This document shows, piece by piece, positions 11,372 through 23,958 of a stretch of DNA of 57,508 nt. This stretch comes from Monosiga brevicollis MX1 (taxonomy: Eukaryota). The notes below the pieces were generated by a model. That model worked only from the letters and a program-made list of their open reading frames with translations, was not told the DNA's origin and did no database searches. Numbering within the stretch: the stretch's first letter is position 1; every line of letters begins with the position of its first letter. A program made the translations under genes and the position numbers. Location: the NCBI RefSeq assembly GCF_000002865.3, contig NW_001865078.1:170103-227610 (forward strand), written 5' to 3'.

Positions 11372-13173
11372 TGGCGGGCGCAGGTGCGTTGGCTGTGCGG
11401 GCGGGCGCACAGTTGGTGCTGCTGCTGTTGTTGGCTGGTTGGGTTGAGTGTGATGGCCCGGCGACACGGCGTATCCCAGCCACAAGCGAGCTTGGGCGCT
11501 GGGTGGATCAGCGCTTGCCTGTGCCGCAGACAGCAGCCGAGTTGAAGAGCATATCCGTGTCCGTGGACCAGGCCCTCGCCGCAGCCCCTGCCGCCTTGCT
11601 CGCCTCGGCCAGCTGCCTCGACGTGAGCTGCTTCTCGTGAACCTCTTGCGCTGGCTTGTACCGGCGGGGCTTGTCGATTAATCTTGTTGCAATGCACCGC
11701 ATGTTTGGCAGCTGGTGCATCTGATCGACCAGCTGCGCGCTCTGGCTATCAAAGATCACCTCTTTCTGGGAGTCTCGCTGGCGGTGACGCCTGCCCAACG
11801 CCGCCAACTCGAGCAAGGCAAGACCGCTTTTTGCCCCTGCACTGTGCCGATGCATACTGGATGGTGGGCCAGCGTCCCTCATTATGGGTAGCTCGCTCAT
11901 GCCGCCGTGCCCACCGTAGGCTTTGCCCTGGCTGTGTTTAGTCGGCCCTCTGGCTGCCTGCAGCAGGACCCACACGGCACAGCCACGCTGTCGCTGATCC
12001 TTGAGCTCTATCTGCCAATTACCCTGACCATCCTGGTCCAAAGTGGCTGGCAAACCGGGCCCATCCCTTCTCATCTTCGAAGCCAACTCGTACAAGATGC
12101 GCAGCGCACTGGAGATGGCCAGCTCGTGGCGGCGCTGCTTGCCGTGCTCGATGAGCAGTCTGTAACGCCCACACTCGATGAGGATCAAAAGCCATCCAGT
12201 CTGGTTTTTGGCACCTCCCTGCTGGGCGAGGCTGCAAATTGCAGTCAAGTATTGCCACATGTCGACGGCCATCCGTTGGCGCTGGCAGCCGCCATCCTAC
12301 GTGGACAGCCCGTGTTTGTGAGGTGGAGCAGTGTCGCGTTGGTGCAGAGCCTATCGCCCCGTGCCATCACGCAACACTGGGGTAATGTTGACGTGCGCAT
12401 GTCAAGCGTGCCCTACGGTGACACTTTTGGCCTTGAAGAAGGCTGGGCTTCCTTAATGGAGGTCTCCGACTATATCCAGCAGTATGAGGACAGCTTGCCG
12501 GCTGATTTTGCTGATGTAGATGCGATTGCAGAACTGGATGCCACCTGCCGCGCAGGACGCCCACCCCTCTACGCATTTGACAACATTATTTTGACTCGCG
12601 AGTTGGCACACGTGTGGGATGAGCTCCGTTCGCTTCTGACACGGGCCTACGCAGAAGCGCGGGCACCAGGGGCCTCATCTCCCGACCCACGGCTCTTACC
12701 CCAATTCTATTGGGGTCCTACCTGCAGCGGCGCGCCTTGGCATTATCATGACGATGCATGGAATCTGTTGACGAGTGGGCGCAAAATTTGGTGGCTGCAG
12801 GTATCTTTGTCAAAACGGCGCTTTTTGAAGGCTGTAGGCATTGTGAGTCTGCTTTCTTTGTTGCCGTGGCTCCTCTCACGCCATTGCTGTTGCTTTACAG
12901 GAACCCGTGCATGCTGTGTACAGTCGAGTCCCGCCGGCGGCAGAAGGCCAGCCCGCGCCCAGCGACTCTACTCTTCCAGACCTGCGCTGCATTCAGCATC
13001 CTGGTGCGGAAAACCACCCCAATCATTGGCTCAATGCCAGGGCACAATCTCACGGCGCATTGGTGGTGGATGTAGGGGAGCTCATCTTTATACCGCATGG
13101 GTTTGGACATAAGGTGCTCAATTGGGCTGCCAGCCTAGGCCTGGCAGTAGAGATTGATACCCATGCTGACTAA
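11371..13173 (+). CDS. JmjC/cupin-domain protein with signal peptide (JMJD8-like), multi-exon
   Basis: Signal-like LVLLLLLAGWVEC. JmjC motifs PLYAFD, FYWGPTCSGAPWHYHDDAWNLLTSGRKIWWL and GELIFIPHGFGHKVLN. Confidence 0.75.
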
Positions 13174-13226
13174 AAGGCACGTGCAGTGTCAAGGCTGTCA
13201 GGAAGCACTGCGCGGGCGCATGCTTT

Positions 13227-15174
13227 TCAAGCCTTGGTAAATCGCAGAAAGGCCACATCATGAGAATCGAGCGTCACTTTCCACGTCTTGGACCCAGCAG
13301 GCAATGACACTGTTTGGCCACTCCAAATGTCGCGCACGCTCATGTCCTGGGTGAGATTGAGCCCGGGTATCATGCTCAGGGGGGCATTGCAGGTCACGGT
13401 GGAGTTTTGCACATTGAGTATGATGGCTGCTGTGTCACCATCAGCTAGCGCCCCAGACCACACCTGTTGACGCACCGGTTAACATCAGACACTTGCATGC
13501 CAGCAGGGAAAGGAGGATTCTTTGGGGGTGGTCAGGGAGCAGCAGCAAGTCTCACCTCACAGCCATCAGCTGTGGCGTTTTGGAACCGGCCCTGCTGACC
13601 CAGGGGGTCTTGGTTGATGGCAATGGCATCTTTATTAGTCAAGATTTCCAACACGCTTCTGTTTAATCATGCAGCCACCACAAGTGAGGGGCAGAATGCC
13701 AACAGCTTGTCTGCGAGCTACGAGCGCAAGCATGTAGCATGGGCCAAACCGTGATGGGGGATTGGCAACCAGATCAGTGCCAATGAGAAGTGGCGCCTTC
13801 ATGAGACACCACAAGGAAAAATGTGCCCGATTTTCAGCCATGGTCAGGGGTGCGTTGCCCACCTAGAACGCATGGATTGCAAGATCAATGAAATGGATCA
13901 CAAAGCTCGAGTGAGAACGCAGCAACCTTCAGGCCGATGCGTTGTGGGTGGAAATCTAACCTCGAGCATGTCAGCATCGTTGAAGGCACCTGGTCGGGCT
14001 GCGGCAATGTACTGGTTGTTCTCATGGGCGCGTTGGTAAAAAGAGTCCCAGTTGGGGTTGATGTCAGTCGTGGTGCGCCAGCAGTTGGCGAGCGAATCAT
14101 TGGCAATTGGGCCATGAATGGAGTAGTAGATGGGACGGCCTAGGGAGATTGGTGGCCCAGAAATGAGCCTGAGTTTGTGACGGCGAAATTCATATCTGGA
14201 GGTGGAGCAGAGCAAAGCTGATCGCACCTGTCTTGTTCAGGGCATCACGCATGTCAGGATACGAGGAAGGGCCCGGATTGCAGTTGTCGTGCTTGAGGTA
14301 GTCAATGCCCAAGCTAGCAAACCTATTTTCCAGCATTTGCAGCATGCAGCATTGCAGCGTAAGAAAAAAAAAGGCAATACAAACTGAGCTTTTAAAGCGA
14401 AGGGCGACGGAGGAATAGATTTACCAGGCGGCATCGGCGGCTTCATGGCCCAGCGATCCATCATTAGCGCCAGGCCAGATGCGGCTGCAGCACTTGTAAA
14501 AAAAAATAAAACCACATGGACATGCATGTTCCAGGTTGTGAAGAAATCTGATCTGACGGGATCAGCAGAGGTGGCCTCGAGGTTGTGTACCTGAACGGCG
14601 CCAGCGTCACTGTAGAGGCCAAACTTGAGGCCCTTATCATGGATGTAGTCCCCGAGGGCCTTGAGGCCAGAGGGATAGAGTGAAGTGTTGACCTACACGA
14701 AAAATCTTCCTTGTGAGTGAAGCAACAAGATGCGATGGTATCTGATCGCACGTTTCTCTGGCCGTACTACGAGCTGGCCCTGAGCATCGCGAAAGCCAGT
14801 GGAATAGCCACAGTCAAGGTTGACGTATTCGTAGCCAGCTTCCTTCAGGCCCAAAGTGACAAAAGCATCCGCCACGGCCTTGATCACTGTCTCGTTAAAG
14901 CCCACGATCTTCCTATCCCCATCGATCGCACATCAGACACGCCTGCGGTCAGCGAGAGACAAGAACGTTCTCCTCACGACTCGAGCCAGGGGTCAAGTAC
15001 GTACGAGCCCGGCAGCTTGGGCAGGCCGGTAGACTCAATGCCGTAGCAATTCCAGGGATTAAACCCCATGGGCGGGGTCAATCCGAGTCCATTATCCAGG
15101 CTGAACGCAGGCGTGACCAGTAGCAACACCACCACCAGCCCCCCGGCTGTCATCTGTGACTGCCACACTGCCAT
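13227..15174 (-). CDS. GH27 alpha-galactosidase / alpha-N-acetylgalactosaminidase-family glycoside hydrolase, secreted or lysosomal, multi-exon
   Basis: [25 protein letters not shown], nucleophile motif [69 protein letters not shown]. Confidence 0.92.
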
Positions 15175-15222
15175 TTCCTTCTTGCTGAACGTTATGAAAA
15201 AATTGAAAAAGTAAACACTTTT

Positions 15223-15224
<2 letters not shown>

Positions 15225-15298
<74 letters not shown>
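15225..15298. repeat. (GA)n microsatellite
   Basis: Perfect gaga run. Confidence 0.95.
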
Positions 15299-15302
<4 letters not shown>

Positions 15303-15595
15303 TGTCAGTGTGTTTTGTTATGCGTCAGGGAAGTCAGGGGGAGGGAGCATAGTTTTGGGGATTGCATTGGTGGGGTCATGTACAATGACCCGGGGTCTGC
15401 AAGGGTCGAGCAGAGTCGGGAGGACACACGGATTGGCCCGGCTCCACTCGCCGACCTAAGCTTGGACTGCAAGCGGTAAACTGGGGGTATCTAATAAGTG
15501 TTTGTTTCTTCATGATTCTTTCTGTGGCTATTTGGCGGCCGTGCTTGGCAGATGATTCAAGTGAGGGCCTGGTCTCGCCGGGCTGATCTTGGCAG

Positions 15596-16019
15596 TTAGT
15601 TGGTACCATCGCTGGCGGCATCGAGAAGATGTGCATCTGCTTTTAAGCTCAAACGCTTGACAGTCTACGTCAATGAACGGCCCATGCGTGAGACGGCGCC
15701 CTCGCGCTCATGTTCAAGTCCAGAACATGACAAACGATGGCAAGACAGTACCTCGTAGGCCGCGATCAAAAAGAACGAGTTGCAGCCCATGTATACCATT
15801 CGCGCAGTCACGCCCTTGTAAAGACCCCTGAATTGGGAATGGCGAAGAACAATGATGACCGAAAACCACAGCAACAACTTATAAATTGCAGGTGCGAGTC
15901 ATGGCTCAGCGGCCAAAGCAGCCGCTACGACGTACCGTATGCCTTCTTCCTTCATAAGCTCCTTGAGGATGGAGGAAAAGGTCTGGCCGTCACCGGCTCG
16001 AGCACCCACCTTGCAAGAG

Positions 16020-16053
<34 letters not shown>

Positions 16054-17507
16054 CGAGCGTGAGACGGCGAGGACGAACAAACCAGGGTTGCAATCTACGG
16101 CGACGAGATCAAGCGTCGGCACGCACTTGCAGTCGGGCGCGCACAACATCAAGCGGGTTGGTGACTACTGCTGTAATGACGCCGGCGGAGGAGCCGCCCA
16201 GCGATTGAAGCAGCATGGTATTGCCGCCTTGTTTCACAACATCATATCCCTGCTGCCAACGGCGCACAGCACCGTAGCTTGCCCACCTGTGAAAAACGGA
16301 CAGCACGGTGATACGAAAGCAGATGAGATTCCAGTCCAAGGGCTACGACGTAAAATACAAAGAAGGTCCAGTGCAGAGCTGCAGGACGGGCTCGACGACG
16401 GCCCAAGAGCGCACCAGATGGCACTGGAGGGGGCAAAGGCGGCCACGGAAGCCCAGTAGCCCGTGAAAAAGCCACGAAGACCCTGGGGACATTACAGGAA
16501 TCAGTAAAACGTGCTTTGTCGTAGAGTTTGGCACGAAGCGAACACACGTCGACAGGCGAGGCAGAAGGACTCACCTCCACTTTGAAAATGGAGCGAATGA
16601 GGGGTATCGCCTTGAGGCGGGGGATGCGGGCAACATTGGGGTCAACGTTTTGGCCGTGGACCATCATGCGTTGTGACACAACGTTGACGGGTACCACAAT
16701 GGTCTAAATCACGCAGCCCATGATCGTACAGTGAAGCAAAGAAAGAAACGACCAAAAAGATTACAATAAAAGAGGGCGGGTACTCTGACTCGGCGGTGAT
16801 TGGCAGACCTGGGCGACGGTCGAGGCCAAAAAGCCACCGAGAAGGTTGCGCGTCACCTCACTGGGCACGGTGGGTTGCAGCTTGACTTTGATAGACTCGT
16901 ACAGGGAAATGTATCTGTCCGGTCGAGAGGGGCTTGGGTGAGCAGAGAAACGGCCTTAAAGAAACAGTTGGCGAGCGAGGCAAGACCCTGATGGACGTAC
17001 AATTGGCCACCTGCCAGGCCCACAAGGTTTGGTACAAAGCCCTTGTAGAGAGCAAAAAAGCCTTCATGACGGATGATCTTTCGAGCTGCATCGACCATGC
17101 CATTGTACAAGGCCCTCTGCAACACGTCGGCGCCAGGCACGTGAGCTACATCAAAGGCAGAGGCAGGCATGGCTTGCTTGGGTACATTGTGATCTGCCTC
17201 ACCTTGGTTTGTACTTGCAGACGAGTCTTGATGAGTTGCGTAGGGTAGAGCACAATGCGCGTGGAAAGGCCGCCCAGGGGAGCCAAGATGTAGAACCTAC
17301 TCACGGCCATACATGAGCATACATCATATGTCAAGGGTATGCCAAGGCAACTCGACGAGCATGTGCGGGTCGGGGTCTTTGGGGCCAGGGTGACACCAAC
17401 CTGGTCTTGTCCAGATGGTGCCATTCAATGACTGCGGGCTGAACGGGTGGAATCTTTCCAGCTGCTGGTCCGGGCTTGGGCTCGGTGGCCGGGGAAGGGG
17501 CCGCCAT
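15596..17507 (-). CDS. SLC25A44: Mitochondrial carrier family protein, SLC25A44-like, multi-exon
   Basis: IEWHHLDKTRFY, then three carrier signatures (YPTQLIKTRLQ, VPVNVVSQRMM, NPLDVVRARLQ), EGFFALYKGF and GLYKGVTARM. Last exon TVKRLSL...GTN*. Confidence 0.85.
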
Positions 17508-17896
17508 GTCGGCTCCAGCCATGCTGGGTGACTAGTTTTGTCAGAGTCAAAGCTGGAAGGGGCGGCAGTCAAGGTGAGGTGGGTCTTGAGATGATCAGGA
17601 AGAACACAGCATGATATCAACTACAAGCGCGGGCAGAATAAAAGCGAGGCGCCATCGACGCAAATACGCATCCGGGTCAGGCGCGCACGATGCAGCGCAA
17701 CCCGCATGCAATAGCCATCCCCGCGCTCGTCGTCCGAGGCCAGCACAACCAAAAAGAAAGAAGACTCAAACTACCAACACACAGGCACCAACACACACAC
17801 GGAGACAGACGGATACAGCCACACACGTGCGCACTCGTATGCCACTGTGCCGTCAGAATCGATTCGATCCAGCTGCAGCACGACCCGCTGCCATTT

Positions 17897-17920
17897 CACA
17901 CACACACACACACACACACA

Positions 17921-17972
<52 letters not shown>
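17897..17972. repeat. (CA)n microsatellite
   Basis: Seen directly. Confidence 0.95.
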
Positions 17973-17980
<8 letters not shown>

Positions 17981-18163
17981 CACTGGCAGATGACGGTAAT
18001 AAGAATCATCCGAAAATTAAAGCCTTCCACCCTCTAAAATGAAACCAAAGACCTTTTTTGTTGTTCGGTGGTGATTCTTTGCATTAACTTGTTGGTGCAG
18101 GCTCTGCTCGAGAGAGTCAATTGGAAACGGGCGTGTTTGACTTTGTGAGCCGAATTAAATGCG

Positions 18164-21100
18164 CTAAAGAGGCTGAACAAAACGCTTTGCGTGCTTGGCG
18201 CTGGTATCAGTCCTGTCTTCCAACTTGTAGTGAACAAAGAGCTCAGGATACAGCTGTTCGGTTTCGAAAACAATAACTTCATGATGCTCACAAGCTGGCG
18301 TCGCAAGCACCGAGTCATATCTGCTTTGCCGGTGTGGGTGATAAACCAAACAACCGAAAACGTGAGAAAATAGCGCAGAGCAAGACAAGTTCAAGCATGC
18401 CGATTGCCGAACAACCAACCGCTCATTGCTGGGTGCGCTTTGCAGCAAGGGTGGAGCTAACCACGAGCTGCGATCAAGCTTGATTTCCCCTTGATCGAGG
18501 ACGTAGGTTTGCCCCAGAAGTGCGCGCGTGATAATCAACACATGCTCGTTGTCCTCCGAGCACGGCATTGCAAATCGATGACTCTGTCAAACACGAATAT
18601 GAGAGGTCGAGTTTCATACGCCATGGTGAAAGTGAAATGACAACGAACCTCTGCAGGGTTATCAGTCAAGTATACACCGAAACCAAATCGATGACCAGCG
18701 TTGCTTCCACTAAAGCGCTTGTCAAAACCCAACCGCGCAACCTTATCGCATAGCGCGCGATCGGCACTTATGCCGTGAAGCAGCAACCGCTCTTGGCATG
18801 GCGAGTCCCAATGCAAGACTGGTTGACCTGGTAGTGCATCCACATCATCTGTACGGAGTTGTGCAACGTGATTGTTGTTGTCGATGCGATGCAACATCTC
18901 CCGCCGCTTTGCACTGTAGCGCTCCCACAACACGGGGTTTTGAACGCGCTCTACTCGTTGTACGACAATGTTGGCTAGTCCCCGCCCATCAGGGCTCAAT
19001 TGACAGAGCAGCTCAGCCACCTATGCACACAATAAATTCAAATCAGACGACCTGTAAAAGAGCATCAAATCGTCGTAAAACGCACCTCTGGAATAAGCTC
19101 GGGCGCGTCGCGCAAAACGTCAATGGCTGGCCCGACTTGGGCAGCAGGTTGCTGTAGAATTTGCCCGGCGCTAAGTAGATTCGGCCTTTGCTTCTGATCT
19201 GTTGCAAGCAAAGCTCGCGTTTCCTTGTACAGCTGGCTCGTCGAGTCGCACATCTGCATCAGAAGCCAAGGTGAGTTTCAATCAAATAGGACGCGCGGTG
19301 GCCAGTTGCCAAACAAGAGATTTTGCAATTCGCTGACCTCGGTAGCCAACTGAGGGAAGGCGCAGTTGAGATCTTCCAGATGCATGCTCCATCTGCATTG
19401 ATCCACAACCTCATCGGTCTGCGACCGAGCCGGCGGCACCGTTCGCGGGAACATGTATGTGTTGTAGAGAACGCAGCCAAAGGCAAAGGCATCCTGTGCC
19501 GGACGCGCCCCCACACGACCACGGCCAAAAAGCACCTCTGGAGCGACGTAGCCCGCCGTGCCAGACAGGGCAGTAGCCGTGAATGGTAGCATGGTGGCTT
19601 CAGCGGCGGCCTTGGCAATGTCAAAATCACCCAGCCGCACGACGGGCTGGTCCTCCTCGCCGTCTAACATGACATTGCTCAGCTTGACATCTCGGTGTAC
19701 CAGGCCCTTGCTGTGCATAAACGCCAGGGCCATGCGCAGCTGCGTCATGAGTCCTGCAACCACGGTCGAGGTGGCCAGATGGCGCGCCCTACCGAGCCAC
19801 TGCTGCAGATCCCCCTGTGTACACCATGGCTGTACCAGGTATGCGCTTGGGTGGCCATCTCGCACATCCACAAGCGCGCCGAGGACTGGGACGATGTATG
19901 GGTGCTCAAGCTGACGCATGGCGCGGAGTTCGCGGAGAAATGTCCGGCATTGGTCCTGCTTGTGTTGCTCGGCAAGTGCATACTCTTTCACAGCCAAATC
20001 TTGCTCAGAAAGATTCGGCAGCGTTGCGCGGGCTTTGTACACCTTGTGATTCTGGTTGTATTGGAGAGACAGTTGGCCCAGGCTGGAGAGCGTCAAACCC
20101 TGGTCTACTTCGGTCATGGCCTCCAAGATGAGGCTGGCTGGAAGGTCGGGGCCAAGCACTGTGCGGAGCCGCGCTCCCAGCGCGCTCTGGTCAGGGTACA
20201 AAAAGACCAGAAGAGCTGGGAAGTGTTGGTGTAGCAGCTCTGCCAGTGCCGCCACCTGGTCTACCTGTGTTTGATCCGATAGTTGTCGCTGCAAAATGAC
20301 CAAACGCTCCTTCATAGTTTGTAATCGAGCCTCGAGGCCAGCTCGCATCTCTTCGGGAGCCAAGGGCAAGAATGCCGTGGTTGCCTGGATGTTGTTCTGC
20401 AGCTCGGCCACTTTCTCGTGGATGGATACGACTTGATCCGTGCGGCTCTGCGTGATGCCATCGGCATAGCTTTGGCACGAAGTTAGCACGGACAGCGTCG
20501 TGGTCTGCCAGTCGATCATGTCTTGCAACTGCTGCACCAGGGCTTGCGCCTCGTGAAGCGCAAACGCCAGATACCAGTCTTGATGTCCATAGTCATGCTC
20601 TGCTCTCCAGGTTATCAGCTGCTCCAGGCCGTTCTGCTCGGGCAAGCTCAGCTTTTCGTGGGCTTGGCACAACTCCTCCCAGGCCTCGGGCAATGCCTCG
20701 GCTGGAGGTGGTGCACTCAAATCCAAGCCTTGCGCACTCTGCTCGAGTGTATCGACGCGATGGTCCGTGTCAGTGGTTCCCGCTCTTGCCACAGCACGCA
20801 GGGCAGTAATCAGCGCCTTCGCCAGCTGCTGGAGGTTGCTGTTGGCGTTGGTGAACAGTTCTATGCGGTTGGTTTCCACGTCGCGTAGCATGGCGACTTT
20901 ATCCAGGGCTGCACCGAGGTTGGCGGGCGGCGTTTCGGGTGCCATTGTCAGCGTGGTGGGTGGAGCGGGGCACGCTGCCAGCACGGTCTGAAGCTCGAGA
21001 AGCACTGGCTGTAGCTCAAAACCAGCAGCGGCATTGTGCAGCGCTTGCAGTACTGATTCTAGGTTGTCAGTGTTGGGGTCCAATTGACCCAAGCGGTTGT

Positions 21101-23019
21101 TCAACGCTTCGGGCGCTGCCAGTGCCTGGTCGAGCGCGCCGAGGGCCTGGGTGGTGGTCGCCTGGAAGGCAGCCCAGTCCATGGCAGGAAACTCTGGTGG
21201 CGCTTTATCGATGGTCCTCTGGATGTCCGCAACTGCCGTTGCAAGATTGGGGTTTTGTTTGGCGGCACCGCTGATAAAGGCATCGAGGTGGGGGAGGGGA
21301 TGGCTGGTGGTGCGCTCCGGCAAGAGGGGCCTGAGCCAGGTATCCACCGCCACCACAACAGAGGCCGTGGTCTAAATCAGGGTTGTGTGGTGCCATCGGT
21401 CGTGATCAGGTTGAATGAGGCCGTGGGGATTGGGGTAGTAAATGCATCGGGGAAAACATGATAGGGGGAGCAGGCTCACCTCGAGGGTGGGGGTGGGGGG
21501 CAGAGGCGGCAGCCAGGCAGAAGGCGGTGCCGGCGTGGGCGGAGCGAGGGGCGCGGGTGATTGCGATAGGCGAGTCTCGTGGGCAGCAAACACGGGCTCC
21601 AGCTTGTCGCCATGTCCATTGTGACGTCCGCATTCGAGGGGCGTTCGACCACCCTGAGAACATGTGATTGGAGCGTGTGAGGTGGGCAGCGACGCGAGGG
21701 CTGAGTTGGGCGACGTGCATTTGCTTTCTAATAACAAAGGCGAGGTAACAATGTTTTAATGTGTGCTAAAGACGCCAGACGCGCGAGTGGTGTGAAAATG
21801 GTGCGGGCAGGGGGTCCGAAAGGAGACGCGTTTGGAGAAGGAAAAAAAAAAGAAAAAAGAAAAAAAGGCAACGGCGCGTGTGCCGGGGGCAAACGTGAAG
21901 GCACGGCCACCGAAAGCCGCTTGGGCGAGCGAGGGAGGCAGAGACATGATGGAAAGGGGGGTGGAGTGGTGCCCGGATGGATCAGAAAAAGGCAGAGCGA
22001 GGACGGCAGGCGGAAGACACCAGCAGGGAGCAGGGCGGGGCGCAGGGAGCACCGGCAAAGCGCGGACGCAAAGCAGGGGGAAGAAGAGGGATAGCGGGAA
22101 AGAAGAAAAGGAGCCAGGGGGGAGAACGGACGCGCACGGGTGGGCAGGGTGTAGAGGAGAGGAGGGACGGGGGCAAAGGCGACGGGGCAGCGGGAGCAGG
22201 AGCAGCAGCCAGAGGGGTAAAGGGGGGGAGAGGGAGATACTGTACTGACCTTGTTCTTGGCATTAGCATCAGCACCGTGCTTCAACAGCATCTCCACCAC
22301 CTTGACATGACCGTAAGCGCAGGCCAAGTGCAGTGGTGTCCAGCCACTCTGTGGGATGATGCATCAGCATGACGTACAGGTACAGCATCAGCATCATCAT
22401 CATCATCATCATCATCATGGGGTACAGGTGCACCATCATAAGGGGGTAAAGGGGGGAAGAGGGAGGTACTGTACTGACGTCGTTCTTGGCTTTAGTATCA
22501 GCACCGTGCTTTAACAGCATCTCCACCACCTCGACATGACCGTTTTCGCAGGCCCTGTACAGTGGTGTTTTGTCATCCTGTGGGATGATGCATCAGCATG
22601 ACGTACAGGTACAGCATCATCATCATCATGGGGTACAGGTGCACCATCATAAGGGGGTAAAGGGGGGAAGAGGGAGGTACTGTACTGACGTCGTTCTTGG
22701 CTTTAGCATCAGCACCGTGCTTTAACAGCATCTCCACCACGTTGTCATGACCCCAATAGCAGGCCCAGTGCAGTGGTGTATAGCCACCCTGTGGGATGAT
22801 GCAGTATATGTCCCATGTTATACCATAACGTCACCACATACAGTAAATAATTAAAAGTGTAACCAAGATCACACTACATAATACAAACAGCATACGTACC
22901 TCACTTCTTTTTTGGGCAGCATCTCGAATACGTTGTTGGTCCCAACTGCTCACCAGCTGCAGCGCCTCTTGTGGATTTGATGAACGACACGCATCGAACA
23001 GCTGCTTTCCATCACCCAT
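18164..23019 (-). CDS. Ankyrin repeat - helical linker - protein kinase - PARP catalytic domain fusion, copy 1 (3 canonical ankyrin exons), apparently intact
   Basis: ATG 23019. 99-bp ANK exons at 22788-22690, 22577-22479 and 22348-22250 (TPLHx[15 protein letters not shown]). Kinase in ORF 19278..21356: [37 protein letters not shown]; next exon gives DQKQRP. PARP exons: [45 protein letters not shown]. Confidence 0.88.
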
Positions 23020-23701
23020 GGTCACGGTATCTCTTTCGTTTTCCACCACCAATCTCATGAACCCCCTCCAAGTTTCAAAACCCAAAATTCGGACTGGGGT
23101 GCGACGTGCGCGCGCAGTTCCCAAAGCGGCAGCCAGTCGGCGGGCCTTTGCTCTTCCCTGCCTGATGCGCCAAACGACTCACCTCTGTCAAGAGTTGTGG
23201 GTGACAGTTGCGAGAACCGGTGTACTTGGTTGCCCAGGCGCAGGCGAGATCGATGGCCTCACCAAAATCGCAGTGATGCTCTCAACCAAAAAGTTCCGGC
23301 GTTGCCGCAAGGCCCCATCGGAGCACAAGCAATCAGTCACCACACAAAAAAGACGCCTCAAACAGCTCCGCTGATGCCAATGTCGATGTCGATACCGATG
23401 CCAAAGAGGGGAAGTAGGAAGAAGAGCAAATGCCAAACAAGAAGAAGAAGAAAATGCAAACGGTTGCAACCTTTTTTTATTTTGTTCAATCACGCAAGCA
23501 AATGGCGAAGTGCGGAAAGTGACGCGGACTGCAAGTCAAACGCACAAAAAAATAAAGCAAAAGTTTTCACCTTTTTTTCCTTTTTTTATTTTGCAATCAC
23601 GCAAGCAAATGCCGAAGTGTGTAAGTGTGTAAGAGTAAAAGTGGTTGCGAAACTGCTGCCATCTCTGTCACGAACCAGTGAGAAAGGAGAGATCGCGCTT
23701 T

Positions 23702-23949
23702 TTAGGATGTGATCTGTTTGTGGTCAATTCACAAAGCAAACAGAGGAAATTGAAACGGGAAAGGTACAAAGTAAAATGCCACTTCTGGTCTACAGAACCG
23801 TACTTATATCTCGGTGGCAGGAACAATCACAATGTTCTACAGGCTTCCTTGACGAGCGCCGTCAAGAATCATCAGACATCATCCTGGACTGGTATCTTCC
23901 AGAGTGTTCCAGCAGCTTCTGGACATACGTCTATGCTTGTAGTCCAATA
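23702..23949 (-). repeat. 3' LTR of the copia element
   Basis: Matches 27722-27992 apart from a 23-bp indel, a 1-bp indel and several substitutions. Preceded on the minus strand by a polypurine tract. Confidence 0.88.
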
Positions 23950-23958
23950 CTCCCCCTC
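23950..23958 (-). promoter_or_regulatory. Polypurine tract (PPT)
   Basis: Minus strand GAGGGGGAG directly after the RNase H stop and abutting the 3' LTR. Confidence 0.8.

Noticed and set aside
21700..22240. Several GC-skewed ORFs
   Set aside because: Lie in an intron of copy 1; the homologous intron of copy 2 does not keep the frames.
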